Assembly: GCA_038231435.1 (NCBI GenBank) | Contig: JBBRLJ010000027.1 | Location: 1 to 64,000 of the forward strand | From: Planctomycetota bacterium | GTDB lineage: Bacteria; Planctomycetota; UBA11346 | Length of the DNA stretch: 64,000 bases | Direction of reading: 5' to 3' | Part shown: piece by piece, positions 9,535 through 19,363 of the stretch | Position numbering within the stretch: the stretch's first letter is position 1 | Layout of the letters: each line of letters starts with the position of its first letter | Made by a program: the position numbers and the translations under genes | The notes under the pieces: model-generated | What the model saw: only the letters and a program-made list of their open reading frames with translations | Told to the model about the DNA's origin: nothing | The model's database searches: none

Positions 9535-9694
9535 GGCATGCTCCTAGTTGGTTGTCGTGGCATGAGATGGTCGCGGGTCGACCGCATTGCTAGGCGTCCA
9601 TTGTAACACTGACCTCCGCTGCTCGCGCGAGAATCCCGTATGTTGGTCCAGCGCGTGGAAGGTGGTGACGTCTAGCAGCTGCCTCGCCTGGGGC

Positions 9695-10831
9695 CTAGGG
9701 CTGGAGCGCGATGGTCTTCCCCGGGCCCTCGGCGAAGGCCGCGGCGATGCGCGTCGCCTGCCAGGCGTGCTCGAGCGTGCCCTTGGACGGCGCGCGTCCG
9801 TCGAGCACCGCGTTCGCGAACTCGGTGACCTCGCCGACGTAGCCGAGCAGGAACACGCCCTTGTTGTAGAGCTGGCCGAGCGAGAACTCCGGATCCCAGA
9901 CTGCGGTGGCCTCGTCCGGACCGCCGACGAAGTAGCTGGGCGAACTGCCGTAGCGAGTGCCTGGGTGGCGGTGGTAGGAAACGCGCAGGTTGTTGTCGAC
10001 GATGATGTGCCGCGACTTGGCGGCCGAGACGATGAAGGTCGATTCCATGCCGCCATTGCTGCTGGCGTGATCGGTCAGCGCAAGCGAGGCGATAGCGCCG
10101 GAAGCGAAGGTGAAGCTGGCGACGCCGCCGCCAGAGAGCGAGCGATCGTAGTGCAGCGTGCGCGGCATGCCCAGGAGCAGGAGCATCAGCGATACCGGGT
10201 GGCAAATGTGGTCGAGGAACGAGATCGCCTGGCCGCGGGCCTGGGTCGAGGTGTTGCTCTCGGAGCTGCCCGTCGAGGCGGCATGGAAGTACCCGCGCAG
10301 AACCGACGCCTCGGGCAGGTACTGCGGATAGCGCATCAGCACCATCGAGACGCCGCCGAAGTCCTCAGAATCCTGCAGCTCCTTGGCCTTCTCGTTTGCT
10401 GGCATGAACATCTTCTTGAAGCCGACCATCACCTGCTTGCCGCTCGCGAGCGAAGCCGCGCGCATGCGTTCGACGTCGACGATCGAAGCCGCCGGAGGCT
10501 TCTCGATCCACACGTGCTTACCTGCGCGCAGGCATTCCACCGCGATGGTGGGATACAAGGGGCGGCCATCCCGATCGTAGCCGGTCACCACGAACACCGC
10601 ATCGATGGCCGGGTCGCGCAGCATCTCGTGGTAGTCGGAGTACGATGCTGTCGCGCCGAAGGCCCGGGCGAACTCCTTGGCCTTGGCGGGGTCGAGGTCG
10701 CAGGTTGCGACCAGCTCGATGGGCGCGAACTGGAACGCCGGCAACACGTTGCGGAACGAGTGCGATCCGCAACCGATGTAGCCAGCACGGATGCGGCGTT
10801 CGACGGATTTTCCCGAGGCATTGATGCGCAT
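9695..10831 (-). CDS. Gfo/Idh/MocA family oxidoreductase
   Basis: GYIGCGSHS Rossmann motif, GKHVWIEKPP, VGFKKMF, DHICH; ATG at 10831 with GGAG upstream. Confidence 0.9.
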   Translation of the reverse strand: MRINASGKSVERRIRAGYIGCGSHSFRNVLPAFQFAPIELVATCDLDPAKAKEFARAFGATASYSDYHEMLRDPAIDAVFVVTGYDRDGRPLYPTIAVECLRAGKHVWIEKPPAASIVDVERMRAASLASGKQVMVGFKKMFMPANEKAKELQDSEDFGGVSMVLMRYPQYLPEASVLRGYFHAASTGSSESNTSTQARGQAISFLDHICHPVSLMLLLLGMPRTLHYDRSLSGGGVASFTFASGAIASLALTDHASSNGGMESTFIVSAAKSRHIIVDNNLRVSYHRHPGTRYGSSPSYFVGGPDEATAVWDPEFSLGQLYNKGVFLLGYVGEVTEFANAVLDGRAPSKGTLEHAWQATRIAAAFAEGPGKTIALQP

Positions 10832-10905
10832 GGACGCTCCTGCGTGGTTGGCGTTTGTTGGTAATTTGTTGGTCGGCAAGAGGCGCCGTGAAGGCGGTCG
10901 GGGCG

Positions 10906-11301
10906 CTACTCGCCTTCGACTTGCCGTTGCGCGGAGGTGAAGGTGAGCATCAGGATCGCATCGCCGCTGCCGATGTTTCGCGCCTGGTGCGCCATGCGCG
11001 GCGGGATCGAGATGGTGTCGCCGGTCTCGAGTTCGACGTCGCGCCCATCCTCGATGGTGTGGGCGATGCGTCCCTGGATCACCACCAACACCTCCGAGCA
11101 GTTTGGATGGCTGTGCCGCGGATTCGCGCAACCCGGATGCAGCAGGCAGCGGCCGACCGTCACCTCGTCGGAGTTTCCGAGCGCGGCGTCGGCGAACCAG
11201 GTCAGGCAGCCCCATTCTTGCGGCGCGGTACGGGCCTCTCCGGCCCTGAGAACGCGGGCCTTCAAGCCCACCCGTGAACGCTGGTCATCGGAACCGTTCA
11301 T
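10906..11301 (-). CDS. Cupin domain protein
   Basis: HSHPNCSEVLVVIQG ... GDTISIPPRMAHQARN cupin motifs; 4-nt overlap with the upstream regulator gene. Confidence 0.9.
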   Translation of the reverse strand: MNGSDDQRSRVGLKARVLRAGEARTAPQEWGCLTWFADAALGNSDEVTVGRCLLHPGCANPRHSHPNCSEVLVVIQGRIAHTIEDGRDVELETGDTISIPPRMAHQARNIGSGDAILMLTFTSAQRQVEGE

Positions 11302-11942
11302 CGCTTCTCCTTCGTCGAGGTCGCCTTGCTCTTGGCCGGTAACTTGGTGACTGGTGATTTGGCCGGCCGAACTGCCGGGGCATTCCCCGCCCGCAGTGCG
11401 CGCGCCTGTTCGCAGAAGACCGCGAGCCAGGTCGCGGCGGCGCTGGACGGCTGCATGTCGTGATCTTCCTCGGAATCGAAATACAGGCTGTCTCCGGCGC
11501 TCAGCTCGTAGCGCACCGGGCCGACGCGGAAGCTCAGCGTGCCGTTGATCACGAAGACGAATTCCTCACCCGCGTGCCGCAGCGGCGAAGGCCGCACCTC
11601 GCCGCGCTTGGCGTGGAAGACGAACGGCTGCATGCATTTGTCCACGCGCGCGCCGGCCAGCAGACTGAAGAGATAGCCCTTGTCGGTGGCCTCCATCGCC
11701 TCGACGCGGCTGGCGCCCGCAAGCGACAGGGCGGTGCGCGCACCTGCCTGCTCGTCGAGCAGCGATGCCATCGGCACGCGCAGGGCCTTGGCGATGGCTG
11801 ACAGCGTGGCGATCGGCGGCTTGGCCGCGCCAGTCTCGATCTTGGAGAGCAGGCTCTTGGTGAATCCGCACCGTTCGGCGACGTCCCGCAGACGCAGGCC
11901 GGCGCGCAGACGGGAAGTGCGGATTTTGGCGCCGAGGTTCAT
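11298..11942 (-). CDS. XRE-family HTH plus cupin transcriptional regulator
   Basis: LGAKIR...LRDVAERCGFTKSLLSKIETG...PPIATL HTH; HAGEEFVFV...GDSLYFDSEEDH cupin. Alternative start 11960. Confidence 0.92.
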   Translation of the reverse strand: MNLGAKIRTSRLRAGLRLRDVAERCGFTKSLLSKIETGAAKPPIATLSAIAKALRVPMASLLDEQAGARTALSLAGASRVEAMEATDKGYLFSLLAGARVDKCMQPFVFHAKRGEVRPSPLRHAGEEFVFVINGTLSFRVGPVRYELSAGDSLYFDSEEDHDMQPSSAAATWLAVFCEQARALRAGNAPAVRPAKSPVTKLPAKSKATSTKEKR

Positions 11943-11959
11943 GGGACTGGAATGAACCA

Positions 11960-11978
11960 TATTCAACTCGGTTGAATA
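11960..11978. promoter_or_regulatory. Perfect palindrome, candidate XRE autoregulatory operator
   Basis: TATTCAAC-TCG-GTTGAATA directly upstream of the XRE gene; partial copy AACTCGGTT at 12075-12083. Confidence 0.6.
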
Positions 11979-12029
11979 GCAAGCGCAATGGCGAGAGCGC
12001 AGGGCGGACTCATGGCGCTCCTGCGCGGA

Positions 12030-12071
12030 GAATGCGCAGGGAATGCGCAGGGAATGCGCAGGGAATGCGCA
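12030..12071. repeat. 11-bp tandem repeat GAATGCGCAGG, about 3.8 copies
   Basis: Exact copies at 12030, 12041 and 12052, partial at 12063; intergenic. Confidence 0.92.
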
Positions 12072-12082
12072 TCTAACTCGGT

Positions 12083-13168
12083 TCAGCGCGGCGCCGGACC
12101 CATCGATTCGCGTTCGATCAGGACCAACGGTATGCGGCGGATGCCCGGCCTCTTGTCGAGGACCGCCTGCAGGATGGCCTCCGCGAAGGCGGTGAAATCG
12201 AGCGCCAGGGTCGACAGCTGCGGCCACACCAGGCTGCAGGCGGTCAGACCGTCGCAACCAACGATGCTGACGTCCTTGCCGACGACGAGCCCGTGCTCGG
12301 TCAGCCAATGGATGGCGCCGAAAGCCATGAGGTCGTTGGCACAGACGACCGCGGTCGGCCGGTCGGGCTGGGACCCCCATTGCGCCATCGCGCTGTAGCC
12401 GTGCTGCATGTCGAACGGCCCGGTGATGACCGTGCGTTCGCTCATGGGCAATCCCGCGATCTTCATCGCCGAGCGGAACTCGGACAGGCGTTCGCGGCCG
12501 GTCATGGCGTAGGCGGGACCCGCGCTATGGACGATTCGCCGGTGCCCGAGCTGGGCCAGGCGCAGCACCGCGGCCTTGAGCGCGGCCGCGCTGTCGGGCA
12601 TGACCAGCGGCACGTCTGGAAGCGGGTCGCTGTCGACCAACACCAAGGGGATCGGGATGGTACCGAGACGATCCACCGCCTTGGTGCCGAATGCCACCGC
12701 GATGCACGCGGCGACCGACGCGCCGCGGCCCGATGACAACCGCGAGCTCATGCTCTCGATGCTCGAGGCGAGGCGCACGGTCCAGCCGCGACGCGCGCAG
12801 GCGTGGAGCAGGTGGGACACGAGCTGCTGGAAATACGGGTCGTCGGCGGCCTTGTCGATGACCGGGTTGATCATCAAGGCGACGGTGCGGGCCGGCCCCG
12901 CGTTGGTGCTGACGAAGGTTCCGGCACCATGGCGCGATTCGAGCAGGCCGTCCTCGACCAGCGCCGAGATCGCGCGCCGCAGCGTCATGCGCGAGACGCG
13001 ATAGCGCAACGCCAGCTCCGGCTCGGACGGCAGTCGCGTATGCAGCTCGCCGCCCTGCACGTCGGCGCGCAGCTGCTCGAGCACGCGCTGGTAGAGCGGC
13101 TGGCGATCCGGTGGGGTCTTCGACGCGGATGGCACGGACGAGGCTTTCGTCGGATGGAGCGGCGTCAT
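12083..13168 (-). CDS. GntR wHTH plus LacI-type sugar-binding domain regulator (AraR-like chimera)
   Basis: PLYQRV...RLPSEPELALRYRVSRMTLRRAI...GAGTFV followed by LGHRRI, PTAVVCANDLMAFG, DVSIVGCDG. Confidence 0.92.
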   Translation of the reverse strand: MTPLHPTKASSVPSASKTPPDRQPLYQRVLEQLRADVQGGELHTRLPSEPELALRYRVSRMTLRRAISALVEDGLLESRHGAGTFVSTNAGPARTVALMINPVIDKAADDPYFQQLVSHLLHACARRGWTVRLASSIESMSSRLSSGRGASVAACIAVAFGTKAVDRLGTIPIPLVLVDSDPLPDVPLVMPDSAAALKAAVLRLAQLGHRRIVHSAGPAYAMTGRERLSEFRSAMKIAGLPMSERTVITGPFDMQHGYSAMAQWGSQPDRPTAVVCANDLMAFGAIHWLTEHGLVVGKDVSIVGCDGLTACSLVWPQLSTLALDFTAFAEAILQAVLDKRPGIRRIPLVLIERESMGPAPR

Positions 13169-13287
13169 GGGGGGTGGCAGGGGCCGGCATCTGTCGATGC
13201 TGCTGCCGGCTCCAGGATGCCGCGCTCTGGCGATTGGCAAACCCCCTCCTGGAGCCGCTTCGATCATCTCCGCCGCCTCCGGAACGC

Positions 13288-15177
13288 TCAGGGAGCGAGC
13301 GGCTTGGCCGGCAGCGCGGCCAGATCATCGCGCTGCCAGCAGCGGACCCAGTCGACCACGAAGTCGTCGGGCAGGCGCTCGCCGGTCAGGTCGTTGCCAC
13401 CCCAGCCTCCGGACACGTGCGTGAAGAGGATGTACGCCGGCACATCCGACACGCGCGGGTTGGCCCACGTGGCCAGCACTGCTCCATTGCCGTAGAACGT
13501 CAGCTTGCCCGGCTCCCAGAGCATGCCCGTGACGATGAAGCCATCCTTGTCGGGGAGGACGTAGTTGCGGTCGGTTCCGACCATCTTGTGATCCTTCTCG
13601 TAGCCGTCCCAGTGCAGGGCGATGTTGTAGCGGTTCGGCCCATAACGCGTCAGGTACTCCATGATGTCGTGCTCCATGCCACCGTCCTGGGTGCGCTGGC
13701 GCTTCCACCAGATGCCATCAGACGCGCCGCGGTCGGGCATGGTCCAGAACGCCGGCCACAGACCTGGGGCCGACGGCAGTTTCATGCGCGCCTCGAAATA
13801 CCCGTAGCGCTGCGTCCACTTGCCGAAGCTGGTCAGGAATCCGGTCGTGTAGTCGGTCTCGGGCTTGGCCGGGTCGTCGTTGGCATGGCCGCGCTTCTTC
13901 TCGAAGCGCAGCTTCGCCATACCGCCGCCGACGATGGTGTTGTCGACGCTGAAATGGCTCTGCTTGTCCCAGAAGTTGTCGCCGATGACCGACCAGCGCT
14001 TGTCGTCGATGGCCTTGCCGTCGAAATCCTCGTCGAGCGTCTGCTTCCACGCTCCGTCCACCGGTGGCCGCTTTCCGAGCCATTCCGGCAATTTTTGAGC
14101 GGGAACACCGGCGCGGACCACCTCGACCATCAACTCGCGATCTGCATCGGATGCGGTGGCCAGGATCGCCACGCCGGTGACCGCGTCGCTGCTGAACTGC
14201 GAACCGGATCCAGGCTCACCATTCCAGGCCGTGCCGGACGCGAACGGGATGATGAGTTCCACCTCCTCGCCCGCGGCAACGGGCCTGGGCGGGGACACCC
14301 ATTCGCTCGCGCCGCCCACGCATTCTGCGCGCGCGCGCAGCGCCAAGGGAGACTTGCCCGAGTTGCGCGCGCGGATCGAGATCTGGGTGTGATCGCGCAG
14401 ATCCCACGGCCTCACCGCGGGCCTCAGCAACACTCCCGCCTCCGCCGCGGCCTTCGGCAGGGAGACGCGCACGGAAGACGCCGCCATCGTGGCCTCGGCG
14501 CCGCCGCGGCGTTCGAGCTGTTTCGTCGCGTCCAAGGTGCGTCCTGAGCCCAGCATCAGCCCGTCCTGCGGCTTCGGCGATTCACCGGCCGATCCGCCAG
14601 CCCGGATCGACTCGACGCGGAACGATTGCGCGGCGTCCGACTTGCCGGCGAACAGCATCGCCCTGGTGACCTTGGTGGGGTCGAGCGCGTACGCCGGCTT
14701 GCCCCACGAAAAACCGAAGATCACCGTGACCGTGCCGGTGGCACCGGGCTCGAGATAGGCGACCTCGCCGTTCCACGGGTTCTTCTGCCAATCGCCATCG
14801 TTGTCGACGCGCAGGCACATGGACATCCGCTTCGCGCTGGTGTTCACCACCCGCGCTTCGACGTAGCCGAACGCGGAGAGATCCCACGCCGCGCCCTCGG
14901 GCTTGATCGCGATGCCCGGGTAACCGTCTTGCCCGGGCTTGATCGCGACCTCGATCTGGGCGCCCTGGGCATCGACCCGGCGCATGAAGGTCACCTCCGT
15001 GGAGCTCGCCGATATCCGCTGCTCGGACGCCGCCGAGCCGAGATCGATCAACGCCTGGCCGCCATCCTGGGTCGCCGCCTGGCAGGTCGCGCTGCCAGAC
15101 ATCAACATCAGGAGCAGGAGGACAATCGGAGGAAGCCATGGCCGGTGGTGGCTGGGGAGGGAGTTCGAGGCGTGCAT
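13288..15177 (-). CDS. Secreted GH16 glycoside hydrolase with N-terminal CBM-like domains
   Basis: YGYFEARMK, GLWPAFWTM, catalytic EHDIME (ExDxxE), VDWVRCWQ; signal peptide. Alternative start 15213. Confidence 0.88.
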   Translation of the reverse strand: MHASNSLPSHHRPWLPPIVLLLLMLMSGSATCQAATQDGGQALIDLGSAASEQRISASSTEVTFMRRVDAQGAQIEVAIKPGQDGYPGIAIKPEGAAWDLSAFGYVEARVVNTSAKRMSMCLRVDNDGDWQKNPWNGEVAYLEPGATGTVTVIFGFSWGKPAYALDPTKVTRAMLFAGKSDAAQSFRVESIRAGGSAGESPKPQDGLMLGSGRTLDATKQLERRGGAEATMAASSVRVSLPKAAAEAGVLLRPAVRPWDLRDHTQISIRARNSGKSPLALRARAECVGGASEWVSPPRPVAAGEEVELIIPFASGTAWNGEPGSGSQFSSDAVTGVAILATASDADRELMVEVVRAGVPAQKLPEWLGKRPPVDGAWKQTLDEDFDGKAIDDKRWSVIGDNFWDKQSHFSVDNTIVGGGMAKLRFEKKRGHANDDPAKPETDYTTGFLTSFGKWTQRYGYFEARMKLPSAPGLWPAFWTMPDRGASDGIWWKRQRTQDGGMEHDIMEYLTRYGPNRYNIALHWDGYEKDHKMVGTDRNYVLPDKDGFIVTGMLWEPGKLTFYGNGAVLATWANPRVSDVPAYILFTHVSGGWGGNDLTGERLPDDFVVDWVRCWQRDDLAALPAKPLAP

Positions 15178-15244
15178 CCGTAGGCTCCTTTGTGCATGGG
15201 CTCGAGAGTGCATGGACTCGAGATCGTCCGCTACGCAGATCTCT

Positions 15245-15261
15245 ACAGACGTATATACAAC
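15245..15261. promoter_or_regulatory. Candidate GntR/AraR operator 1
   Basis: ACAGACGTATATACAAC, a 15/17 inverted match to the site at 15410. Confidence 0.65.
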
Positions 15262-15409
15262 ATGTTGACCGCCATTCCAGCCCGCGCGGGCGATATGGGC
15301 TGTCGTCTGATTTTAACCCATGTTTTCAGAGCACTTTGTGTGTTTTTGTGAGCTAAACTGTAGCATCCACCGCTACGGGGCTGTCCGGTTCCTGTCTGGC
15401 CGTCGTCTA

Positions 15410-15426
15410 GTTGTATATACATCTAT
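15410..15426. promoter_or_regulatory. Candidate GntR/AraR operator 2
   Basis: GTTGTATATACATCTAT with palindromic core TGTATATACA, just upstream of pilin cassette A. Confidence 0.65.
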
Positions 15427-15457
15427 GGCTACCGTGTCCCCCTCCTGCCCTTGCCAC

Positions 15458-16054
15458 ATGCGCCTGGCCGTCCGCCGCGCCATGGCCCCGCGACCGGGTT
15501 TGCCCAGCTCGACCCGCGCGGCGCTCGCGGCGCGAAGCGCCTTCACCTTCATCGAGGTGCTGATGACGGTCTCGATCCTGGTGGTGCTCATGGGCCTGCT
15601 GCTGCCGGTCCTGAGCATCGTCCGCGAACAGGTCCACCGCACGCGGGCGCGCGAACAGATCGCCGAGATCCACATGGCGCTGCAGCACTACGCCTCCGAG
15701 GAGCGCCGACACCGCTACCCGACGCAATCCGACGACCTGTCACTGCGCTACGATCCGACCCGGGCAACGATCGAAAACCTGAACGCGCTGATACAAGGCG
15801 GCTACCAGATCGACATGACCACCATCGACCGCAGCGTGTCGCCGCAGGTCATGCTCGATCCCTGGAAACGGCCGTACCGCTACCAGGTCGACAGCGACCT
15901 GTTCACCCTGCCGGGCGCGCAACGGCCCAAGGATTCGACCATCTGCCCAGCGTGGAACTCCAAGGGCGTGCGCCCGTTCGGGTACGTGTGGTCGTTGGGC
16001 AAGAAGGGCCAGGACGACGGCAGCCAGTGGATCTACCAGAAGGACACCCAATGA
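15458..16054 (+). CDS. Prepilin-type protein, GspG-like (cassette A1)
   Basis: RSA|FTFIEVL with E5 and hydrophobic helix; LDPWKRPYRY...VWSLG. Start may be 15425 or 15482. Confidence 0.85.
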   Translation: MRLAVRRAMAPRPGLPSSTRAALAARSAFTFIEVLMTVSILVVLMGLLLPVLSIVREQVHRTRAREQIAEIHMALQHYASEERRHRYPTQSDDLSLRYDPTRATIENLNALIQGGYQIDMTTIDRSVSPQVMLDPWKRPYRYQVDSDLFTLPGAQRPKDSTICPAWNSKGVRPFGYVWSLGKKGQDDGSQWIYQKDTQ

Positions 16055-17283
16055 GCACCAAGCGCGGCTTCACCCTCATCGAACTGCTGATCGTGATCTC
16101 GATCCTCGCGATCATCACCAGCTTCCTGTCGTCGCTCATCGGCATCGCCAGACGGCAGGCGATGATGACGAATACGCGCGCGATCCTGATGAAGGTCGAT
16201 CAGGCAGTGCGCCTGTTCCGCAACGAGACGAAGATCTACCCGCACCAGACCGACCTGTCGCAGGCGGACACCGATCCCTCGCAGTGGACCAACAACCTGG
16301 CATTCCGCCTGGCGTGGAAGCCGGCGGACGCGGCCGAGCGTTCGAGCTACATGGCCAAGTTCCAGGCGGATCTGTCCGAGATCAACCGCCGCTTCGTGTA
16401 TCTCGACGGCAACCGCGCCAATCCCATGAACGGCAGCCACGCCTTCCACGTCGAGAATCCGGGCACCACGGGCCGGACCAACATCATGATCTCGCCGGGG
16501 ACCTTCGGCATCGTGCCCGACGCCAATTTCACCATCCAGAATGGCGGAGCCCAAGGCGCCATCGTGCGCGGCGACATGGCGCTCACCCAGGGCTTGGTGC
16601 TGTCGCGCCTGGCGGCCGAGATCACCTGCATGCGCTACATGTCCGGTTGCCTCGACCGCTCCGCCACCGTTCCATCCCCGCTCGCCACGCTCGAGGCGCC
16701 GCAGGGCATCCTGCCGACCGATCTCGACAGCCGGGGCGCCAGAAAGTATCCCTTCGAGGATACGCGGTACGCCATCCTGAACTACGGTCCCATCGGCTAC
16801 CGCTACGTCCCGTACAACCGCGAGAGCGACGTCGGCTTCGGCAACGACAAGCGCGGCCCGGTGCTGACCGCGGCCACCGCGCAGGCCAGCGGCTTCCGCG
16901 CCGATTACCTCGCGGATGCGCTGCGCAGGCGCGTCCCCGGAGGACGCATAGGCGAGATCGATGAATCCGGATCCGCCATCCTCGATGCGTACGGGCAGCC
17001 CTTGATCTACGTCTGCTCCGTGGCCCCCGGCGCGCGCGCCTACACCCACGCATCGGACGAGGGTGGATCCACCGCCGACGAGCACCGCTATGGCATGGGC
17101 CCGAGCGGACGCGAGGCCACGACCTCGATGGATTCGGATGTGCGCACCACCGCCGACGCGCCGTTCACGCTCGAGTTCGAGCTGTGGAGCGCCGGTCCGG
17201 ACGGCAAATTCTCCCACCGGCGCGACGATCCGGTCAACCGCGACAACATCGCGCTGCTGCGCTACACCAAGGGCCTGCGGTGA
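16051..17283 (+). CDS. Prepilin-type protein, GspG-like with large insertion (A2)
   Basis: MSTKRG|FTLIELLIV; ILDAYGQPLIY...FELWSAGPDG; ATGA overlap with A1. Confidence 0.9.
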   Translation: MSTKRGFTLIELLIVISILAIITSFLSSLIGIARRQAMMTNTRAILMKVDQAVRLFRNETKIYPHQTDLSQADTDPSQWTNNLAFRLAWKPADAAERSSYMAKFQADLSEINRRFVYLDGNRANPMNGSHAFHVENPGTTGRTNIMISPGTFGIVPDANFTIQNGGAQGAIVRGDMALTQGLVLSRLAAEITCMRYMSGCLDRSATVPSPLATLEAPQGILPTDLDSRGARKYPFEDTRYAILNYGPIGYRYVPYNRESDVGFGNDKRGPVLTAATAQASGFRADYLADALRRRVPGGRIGEIDESGSAILDAYGQPLIYVCSVAPGARAYTHASDEGGSTADEHRYGMGPSGREATTSMDSDVRTTADAPFTLEFELWSAGPDGKFSHRRDDPVNRDNIALLRYTKGLR

Positions 17284-18725
17284 GGTTGCGAGCGGTGAAG
17301 GGCTCTGCGTCGGAAGGCCGAGCACTGATTCGCTCACCGACGCCACGCTCTGGAGGCTTCAGCCTGCTGGAGCTGCTGGTGGTGATCAGCGTCATGCTGG
17401 TGATCTTCGGTCTGATCGGATCCTCGTTCGCCCGCAAGGATTCGCGCCGCCAGGCGGTGATGACCTCGGCCGAGGAACTGGCCGCGACGTTCCGACGGGC
17501 GCGTGCGATGGCGGTCGACCGCAAGGCGACCTTCGCAGTGGTATTCAACATCCAGAACGATCCGGATTCGTCGGGTCGCGTCTTGAACAACCGCAGCGGT
17601 GGGCACTGGTACCGCATCCTGCGGCCTCCGAGCACCGGCGACCAGAACACCATCGACAACATCCCCGATTTCCCCACGTCGATCTTCGGACCGTACACGG
17701 TGTGCGACTACAAGGCCAACGTCACCTCCTGCTGGATGGACGACACGCACGTGCTACCAGCGCGGAAAGTACGCTTCCTGTCGTTGACCGACATGGACTG
17801 GGGCGATTTCACCGGCCAGGACTGGCAGAGCTACGGTCGCAGGCCGGGCGCGGGCGGCAGCCAGACCTTTCCGCGGCCGTGGTTCGGCTGGTGGGACGGC
17901 GCCACCAAGCGACTCTACCCGTGGGGCGGCTACGATCCCGCCATCGCACCGAGCGGCTTCTACTTCTGGGGCAATGCGAACGCGCCGAGCGGCTATTACA
18001 ACATTCAAGGCGTCCGCGATCCCATCGCGCCCACTGTCTGCCGCAACACCTGCGATCGCTATCTCGACCATTGGGTGGTGTGCAACACCAACCCGCCGCG
18101 CAACCCCGAGGGCGTCGGAACCGATCTCCTGTACGCCAACGGCTCGCCCAGGCCGCTGCTGAACGCCGACTGGCGAGACGCCTCGCTGCTGTTCCTGAGC
18201 GACGGCTCGGTGCGCTGGGGCGGCTGGCTGCCAGCCCGCCATCTCCGCGATTATTCCGGCCCGAACCAGCGCGGCGTTCCCGAGCGCTGCAACGCCCAGC
18301 CCGGCGGATTCGGCGGCCCGAATCATCATACCAAAACCGAGGCCAGCAACTTCGACCAGGACAGCGGCGGCTGGTTCATCACCCTGGCTCCCGATGCCGA
18401 CACCGACAAGGACACCTTCGAAACCGCCAAGGACGCGCTCGATTCGCTGATGCCGATGGTCAGAGTGTTCGTGTCGAAATTCGGCGAGGTGCGCGTCATC
18501 CCGGTGTCGCGCACGCCGAAGTTCGCTGGCACCGCGCCGTTCCCGACCACGGCCAACTGGTACAACACTGGTTCGAACGTCCAGCGCGAGTTCGGCATGG
18601 ACCGCGTGGTCGACCGTAGTGTCAGCGCTTCCGATGGCACTGGACTCGGCAGGGTCGTCGGCGCGCCCATCACCGACTTCATCACCCCGGACATGCTCGC
18701 CAAGCGCCAGGTGTGGATGAGATGA
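17280..18725 (+). CDS. Prepilin-type protein, GspH/FimT-like (A3)
   Basis: SGG|FSLLELLVV; ELAATFRRARAMAV pattern; LLFLSDGS; GTGA overlap. Confidence 0.85.
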   Translation: MRLRAVKGSASEGRALIRSPTPRSGGFSLLELLVVISVMLVIFGLIGSSFARKDSRRQAVMTSAEELAATFRRARAMAVDRKATFAVVFNIQNDPDSSGRVLNNRSGGHWYRILRPPSTGDQNTIDNIPDFPTSIFGPYTVCDYKANVTSCWMDDTHVLPARKVRFLSLTDMDWGDFTGQDWQSYGRRPGAGGSQTFPRPWFGWWDGATKRLYPWGGYDPAIAPSGFYFWGNANAPSGYYNIQGVRDPIAPTVCRNTCDRYLDHWVVCNTNPPRNPEGVGTDLLYANGSPRPLLNADWRDASLLFLSDGSVRWGGWLPARHLRDYSGPNQRGVPERCNAQPGGFGGPNHHTKTEASNFDQDSGGWFITLAPDADTDKDTFETAKDALDSLMPMVRVFVSKFGEVRVIPVSRTPKFAGTAPFPTTANWYNTGSNVQREFGMDRVVDRSVSASDGTGLGRVVGAPITDFITPDMLAKRQVWMR

Positions 18726-19363
18726 CCAGCGCGTACCCACCAGACCTGCCCGCGCGGATCCCCACGCCTTCGCCCACGAGGGCGTTGCGATCCGGCTTCA
18801 CCCTCATCGAGATCATCGCCAGCGTGCTGCTGTTCTCGTTGGGCGCGATGGCCGTGATCGGCGTGGTGATGTACGGACTGTCGTCGGCGATGAAGGCCCA
18901 GGCCGGCGCCACCGCGTGGGCGACGGCGCTGGCCGTGGTGAAGGATCCGCTGCCGCTCGGCGCGGTGTCCGCGTCCAATGGCACGCTCACCCCGTGGACC
19001 TGGACCTCTTCGGGCGCGTCGTGGAGCGCCAACGACGGTTCCGCAGATCCCGCGTGGACATACACCTCGTGGCCCCTGAATCTGGCCTCGGACGTGCTCG
19101 TCCCCGACATGGCGGATCCCATCGCCAACAATCCGGCGATCTTCTCGCTACGCGGCGCGCCCGCGGTCGGCTGCGCGCACGGCTGGCTGAACGGCTACTA
19201 CGTCGAACGCCGCGAGCAGTCGCGTGCCTCGGACCGCATCGGCCGAGCCACGCGCATCGTCGAAGTGCGCGTCGACGTCTACTGGGCATCCTACGGAGCG
19301 GCGAGCGACGGGCGCCGCCTCGCGACCGTGACCGACCGCGTCGTTCGGCAAGGCGACCTGTGA
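18722..19363 (+). CDS. Prepilin-type protein, GspI/PilV-like (A4)
   Basis: RSG|FTLIEIIASVLLFSLGAMAVIG; C-terminal VEVRVDVYW; ATGA overlap. Confidence 0.87.
   Translation: MTSAYPPDLPARIPTPSPTRALRSGFTLIEIIASVLLFSLGAMAVIGVVMYGLSSAMKAQAGATAWATALAVVKDPLPLGAVSASNGTLTPWTWTSSGASWSANDGSADPAWTYTSWPLNLASDVLVPDMADPIANNPAIFSLRGAPAVGCAHGWLNGYYVERREQSRASDRIGRATRIVEVRVDVYWASYGAASDGRRLATVTDRVVRQGDL

Noticed and set aside
12030..12071. Possible CRISPR array
   Set aside because: Contiguous 11-bp units with no spacers, and no cas genes in the window.
15451..16050. 200-aa N-terminal extension of A2 in the ORF track, and similar extensions at 9695-11215, 11298-12380, 18916, 51368 and 55745-57343
   Set aside because: They overlap real upstream genes; downstream starts fit family N-termini and stop/start coupling.
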